Assembly (NCBI GenBank): GCA_913040915.1 | Contig: CAJWHW010000019.1 | Location: 1 to 40,234 of the forward strand | DNA length: 40,234 nucleotides | Direction of reading: 5' to 3' | Source: an uncultured Fidelibacterota bacterium | GTDB lineage: Bacteria > Fidelibacterota > Marinisomatia > Marinisomatales > UBA1611 | Shown here: piece by piece, positions 36,103-40,234 of the stretch | Numbering within the stretch: position 1 is the stretch's first letter | How the letters are laid out: the number at the start of each line of letters is the position of its first letter | Program-made: the position numbers and the translations under genes | Notes under the pieces: model-generated | Told to the model about the DNA's origin: nothing | Seen by the model: the letters and a program-made list of their open reading frames with translations, nothing else | The model's database searches: none

Positions 36103-36734
36103 AATGATTCAAATAATTGAATACTTTGGGATTCATCAATAGAAAATCCGCCAACCTGCGTACGAACCAATGATTTTAAATATCCCACGGTTCCTAGTTT
36201 TTTTGCGATATCTTTAGCCAATACGCGAATATAAGTACCCTTTGAACAAGTCACTGAAAATGTGATTTTTTCCTCAGTTATATCTAGTAATTGGATATCA
36301 CGAACGTATATATCTTTAGGCTCACGCTTTACATTGATATTTTTCCGGGCGAGTTTATATAGACGTTCCCCATTAACTTTTTTCGCAGAAAACATAGGTG
36401 GCGTTTGCTTTGAATGCCCTAAAAACGAATTTAAGACTATCTGAACATTTTCCATTTCCAATACAGGCACTGGTTTTTTTCTAATTACTTTACCTTCTAT
36501 ATCAAGAGTATTGGTTTCTTGACCAAGTAACAGCAACGCAACATAGGACTTATCTTCAGCAGAAATTGTATTCAGTTGTTTAGTGTCTGAACCAGTTCCA
36601 ATAATAAGCACACCCTCTGCAAATGGATCTAATGTACCACCATGACCTACTTTTTTCTCTTGAATAATACCACGAATCTTTTTTACGACATCAAATGATG
36701 TCCAACCCACTGGTTTATGAATATTTAGTATCAT
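36081..36734 (-). CDS. truB: tRNA pseudouridine(55) synthase, short form without C-terminal PUA domain
   Basis: KPVGWTSFDVV, KVGHGGTLDPFAEGVL, PPMFSA, CSKGTYIR. Confidence 0.97.
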   Translation of the reverse strand: MILNIHKPVGWTSFDVVKKIRGIIQEKKVGHGGTLDPFAEGVLIIGTGSDTKQLNTISAEDKSYVALLLLGQETNTLDIEGKVIRKKPVPVLEMENVQIVLNSFLGHSKQTPPMFSAKKVNGERLYKLARKNINVKREPKDIYVRDIQLLDITEEKITFSVTCSKGTYIRVLAKDIAKKLGTVGYLKSLVRTQVGGFSIDESQSIQLFESLWKSSTI

Positions 36735-37098
36735 TGTCTTTTTTAGGTATATCTATATCATGTAATATCTTATTGAGCTGATCTTCATAAATAAGGCTTT
36801 TATCATGGTAGAAATGTAAATCCGGGATACTTTTAATTTGAAGCTCCGGTCCCATATATTTCTTAAATGCTTTTCTTTTCTGGTTAATCGCTATATTAAT
36901 ATCTTGATCCGATTTTTTCCTATTTAATACACTGTAATAAACTTTTGCTGAGCGAAGGTCTGGTGCTATATCTACATTTGTAAATGTTATAAAACCCAAA
37001 TGGGATAGATCAATATATTTTGTTAGAATGCCGCTTAAAATATCGAGAACTTGATTTCCTACCCTTTCCACACGGCTGTAGGGTCTATTTTTGTTCAA
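36715..37098 (-). CDS. rbfA: Ribosome-binding factor A
   Basis: RVERVG, DLRSAKVYYS, IPDLHFYHD; follows infB with TTGA overlap. Confidence 0.93.
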   Translation of the reverse strand: MNKNRPYSRVERVGNQVLDILSGILTKYIDLSHLGFITFTNVDIAPDLRSAKVYYSVLNRKKSDQDINIAINQKRKAFKKYMGPELQIKSIPDLHFYHDKSLIYEDQLNKILHDIDIPKKDNDTKYS

Positions 37099-39569
37099 TT
37101 TATTTCCAGTTTACGTTTGACTTCTCTTACTTCGTAAACTTCTATAATATCACCTTCTTGAAATTTCTTAATACCATCGATGCCAATTCCACACTCCAAG
37201 CCATCTTTAACCTCTTTAGCATCATCTTTATGTCGTTTTAATGAGTTGATTAACCCTTCAGCTAATAAATCGCCATCACGAGTTACTCTTGCTTTTCCAT
37301 TTCTTATAATTAAACCCTCAACAACTTTACACCCAGCAATAAATCCAATTTTTGGAATTTTAAATTGAGTTAACACCTCTGCCTTACCAAGACTGCTTTC
37401 TACTTTATCAGGCTCAAGCATACCTTCCAATGCCATGGTTAACTCCTCAACAGCCTGATAGATTACATTATACGTTCTAATATCCACACCCGCCTGTCTA
37501 GCCTGTAACCTTGCATTTGAACTTACTTGTACATGAAAACCAATAATAACTGCCTGAGAAGCTTCCGCTAATAGAACATCTGATTCTGTTACCATTCCAA
37601 CGGCCTTATGAATTACCTTAACTCCTACTTCTGAAGTATTAAGTTTTTCCAATGTTTCTGCTAATGCTTCAACTGAACCATCTACATCACCTTTTATAAC
37701 TAATGGTAGTGTTTTCATGGTTCCTTCTTTAATTAATGATGACATGCGGTCTAAAGAAAAAGCCATTTTCTTCTGTTCTATTTCACGACGAATTCTTTGA
37801 CGTTCACCGGAAATTCTTTTCAATTCTTTTTCATCATTTACAACTGCAAAAATATCTGCGGCTTGTGGCACATTTTCATATCCTTGAATTTGGACTGCAT
37901 CTGAAGGACCAGATTCGTTTAAACGAACACCGTGTTCGTTTGTTATTGCACGAACCTTTCCAGGGAAATCACCACAAATAAATGGGTCACCAACCTTCAA
38001 TGTACCTTTTTGAATTAATACCGTACCAACAGGACCAAGACCTTTATCCAATCTTGAATCAATAACAGTTCCTCTAGCATTGCAATCTTTATTTGCTTTT
38101 AAATCAAGTACTTCTGTTTCTAATAAAATACTTTCCATGAGATTATCGATTCCCTTACCAGTTTTAGCACTGATTTCAATATCTTGAATTTTACCACCCC
38201 AAGACTCTGTAAGTACCTCATGTTCCGATAATGAACGTCGAACCTTTTCCGGATCAGCTCCAGGTTTATCCATTTTATTTATGGCAACAACCATAGGTAC
38301 ACCTGCTGCTTTTGTATGAGAAATAGCCTCAATAGTTTGGGGCATAACTGCATCATCTGCTGCTACAACAAGAATAACTATATCTGTAACTTGTGCACCA
38401 CGGGCACGCATTGCTGTAAATGCCTCATGACCTGGAGTATCTAGGAATGTTATTCTACGTTCATTGTAATTGACTTTATATGCACCAATATGCTGTGTAA
38501 TCCCACCAGATTCTCCTTCAGCAACATTGGTTTCTCTTATATGGTCTAACAAACTTGTTTTTCCATGATCTACGTGCCCCATAACTGTCACAATTGGTGC
38601 ACGTGGAAAAGCATTTTTTAAATCTTCTTCGGTCTCTTCAAATGAAAATAATTCTTCACCAACATCCGTAATTTTTTCTGCTGTAAAATCAAAATTATCT
38701 GCCAAAAGTTCAATAAGATCCCAATCAATTCTTTGGTTCTTTGTCACTAACACTCCAAGTTCAATACAGGTTTGAATTATATCACTGGATGTGACTTCAA
38801 AAATCTTTGCTAATTCTTCAACATTAGAAAATTCAGCAATCTGTATAGTAGGCTTATCAACAACTTCTTGAATTTCATCTTCAGCTTTAAATTTTGATTT
38901 TTTATGTGATTTTTTCCTGGTCTTGGTATCCATCTTTGCCAGAATACCCTTTACCTTAGTTTTAACAGATTGTTGAACCTTATCTTCTTTCTTTTTTTGT
39001 TTACCAGATGATTGTTTACTAGTTCCTACGCCAATTTCTGATTGTATATCAGTCAAATTGATTGAACGTAATTTTTTTGTGGATTTAAATTTCTTTTTTA
39101 ATGCTTTTGCTTTTTTGTTTGAAGCTGCCTTATGAGCTTTCTCTTTTTCTTCTTGCACTTTTTTAAGAGCTTCCGCTTCTTCTTTTCTTCTTGCGGCTTC
39201 ATCTTCTAATCTTTGTGCCTCTATTTCTTCTTCTTTCTTCCTATCTTTTTCGACTTTTTCTTTCTTTTCACTTTCTTTTATCTCTATTTTGCGTTGTTGA
39301 TTCAAAGACAAGAGCTCTAATTTCTTCGAGCTCTTTTGCCGTTCTTTGAGCCGTGTGTCATGGATTTCACGCCTAACTTGTTCTTTCCTAAAGCGATCTA
39401 CTTGCTCTTTATCTTTAGCAAATTCTTCCATAATCATCTGATGAACAGTTTCATCAACAGGTGACATATGGCTGGATACATCAACTTTTTTTGATTTTAA
39501 GAAACTGAGAATGTCTGTATGAGAAATGTTCAGTGATTTTGCAATCTGAAATATTCGGATTTTTCCCAT
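37095..39569 (-). CDS. infB: Translation initiation factor IF-2
   Basis: [48 protein letters not shown]. Confidence 0.99.
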   Translation of the reverse strand: MGKIRIFQIAKSLNISHTDILSFLKSKKVDVSSHMSPVDETVHQMIMEEFAKDKEQVDRFRKEQVRREIHDTRLKERQKSSKKLELLSLNQQRKIEIKESEKKEKVEKDRKKEEEIEAQRLEDEAARRKEEAEALKKVQEEKEKAHKAASNKKAKALKKKFKSTKKLRSINLTDIQSEIGVGTSKQSSGKQKKKEDKVQQSVKTKVKGILAKMDTKTRKKSHKKSKFKAEDEIQEVVDKPTIQIAEFSNVEELAKIFEVTSSDIIQTCIELGVLVTKNQRIDWDLIELLADNFDFTAEKITDVGEELFSFEETEEDLKNAFPRAPIVTVMGHVDHGKTSLLDHIRETNVAEGESGGITQHIGAYKVNYNERRITFLDTPGHEAFTAMRARGAQVTDIVILVVAADDAVMPQTIEAISHTKAAGVPMVVAINKMDKPGADPEKVRRSLSEHEVLTESWGGKIQDIEISAKTGKGIDNLMESILLETEVLDLKANKDCNARGTVIDSRLDKGLGPVGTVLIQKGTLKVGDPFICGDFPGKVRAITNEHGVRLNESGPSDAVQIQGYENVPQAADIFAVVNDEKELKRISGERQRIRREIEQKKMAFSLDRMSSLIKEGTMKTLPLVIKGDVDGSVEALAETLEKLNTSEVGVKVIHKAVGMVTESDVLLAEASQAVIIGFHVQVSSNARLQARQAGVDIRTYNVIYQAVEELTMALEGMLEPDKVESSLGKAEVLTQFKIPKIGFIAGCKVVEGLIIRNGKARVTRDGDLLAEGLINSLKRHKDDAKEVKDGLECGIGIDGIKKFQEGDIIEVYEVREVKRKLEIN

Positions 39570-39572
39570 ATT

Positions 39573-40234
39573 TTATTGTACACCTTCAGATAAGGAGTCT
39601 TCATTCTCCATAGTTTTTTCGGACTTAACTTCTTGAGATTCATCTATTTCTTCACTGTTTTCTAATGTTTTATCAGAAGAATCTTTATCGTCAATATCAT
39701 CATCTTCAGATGACGTAAGAATTTGTGCAATATCTGGTAACTCGGTATCTTCTTCATCGCTTTCAGTTTCAATTTTTCTCTCAACAAAAGATTGTACTGC
39801 CTCATAAATGACATCTAAACTGTCTTCATCCATACCATCCACTGACAATAGATCTTCCATATCTGATTCTAGTAGTTCGGAAACAATATTCACTCCTGCT
39901 CCGCTTAAAGCTTTTGCTTCATCTACTTTAATTCCATCAATATCTTCTAATGAAGTTTTTTGATCTTCCTGAATTCGTTCATATTCTTCTACACCGTACG
40001 CATCAATTCTATAGTCTGTTATTTTAGAAGCTAGGTTAACATTCATACCATTACGTCCTATAGCTGAATCAAGACTTTCATCTTCAAAAAGAGCAACACA
40101 GTATTTCTTATCATCATCAATAAATAATTTAACTGGTTTGGCAGGTGATAATGCACGACTTACAAGTATCTCAGGTTGTTCGCTATAGTTTACAATATCA
40201 ATTTTTTCATTATTTAATTCACGAACAATAGCTT
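39573..40234 (-). CDS. nusA: Transcription termination/antitermination factor NusA, 5'-truncated by the window edge
   Basis: Frame is open to the window end: AIVRELNNEKIDIV..SRALSPAK..AIGRNGMNVNLASKI (KH domains), then an HhH/AR-like domain and acidic tail; directly upstream of infB. Confidence 0.96.
   Translation of the reverse strand, partial: AIVRELNNEKIDIVNYSEQPEILVSRALSPAKPVKLFIDDDKKYCVALFEDESLDSAIGRNGMNVNLASKITDYRIDAYGVEEYERIQEDQKTSLEDIDGIKVDEAKALSGAGVNIVSELLESDMEDLLSVDGMDEDSLDVIYEAVQSFVERKIETESDEEDTELPDIAQILTSSEDDDIDDKDSSDKTLENSEEIDESQEVKSEKTMENEDSLSEGVQ

Noticed and set aside
3893..37981. All plus-strand ORFs in the supplied track (e.g. 11193-11750, 19472-19891, 21733-22137, 32829-33233)
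   Set aside because: Each lies antisense to a well-conserved minus-strand gene and shows no recognisable motif; these are shadow ORFs.
1..40234. CRISPR arrays, IS elements, prophage, defence systems, rRNA, recoded stop codons
   Set aside because: No repeat-spacer periodicity and no transposase, integrase, phage or nuclease genes were seen. Conserved genes end normally at TAA, TAG or TGA under the standard code.

Overview
AT-rich bacterial window in which every credible gene lies on the minus strand. Gene order and the type of C-terminal sorting domain suggest the FCB group, most like Ca. Marinimicrobia/SAR406; this is inference, not a database result. Reading right to left, in transcription order: nusA(partial)-infB-rbfA-truB-ribF-rpsO-pnp, terminator; class I/II aminotransferase, MerR-like regulator, tRNA-Pro(GGG), terminator; a 1276-aa secreted LTD/CotH-kinase protein; DUF2914, NAGPA-like lipoprotein, YqaA/DedA, tRNA-Pro(CGG); small membrane protein, YbjQ, CBS protein, RimB-like protease, RimK; ornithine aminotransferase, ALDH7/P6C dehydrogenase, lysine 6-aminotransferase, rsmI, tmk, S41 protease; tRNA-Val(GAC)-thrS-infC(AUA start)-rpmI-rplT-pheS-pheT-coiled-coil ORF-zapA-folD; a 1396-aa secreted LamG/beta-helix protein; and a secreted sulfoquinovosidase-like GH31 that runs off the left edge and is missing from the ORF track. 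I found no mobile element, CRISPR array or defence system. Best leads: the GH31 with Gln in place of the sulfonate-binding Arg, the joint Lys/Orn catabolic unit next to RimK/RimB, the two large secreted proteins, CCA-less tRNAs 5-7 nt from coding regions, a recurrent TAAWTT element close to start codons, and a perfect 22-bp palindrome. None of these is proven to be a new system.
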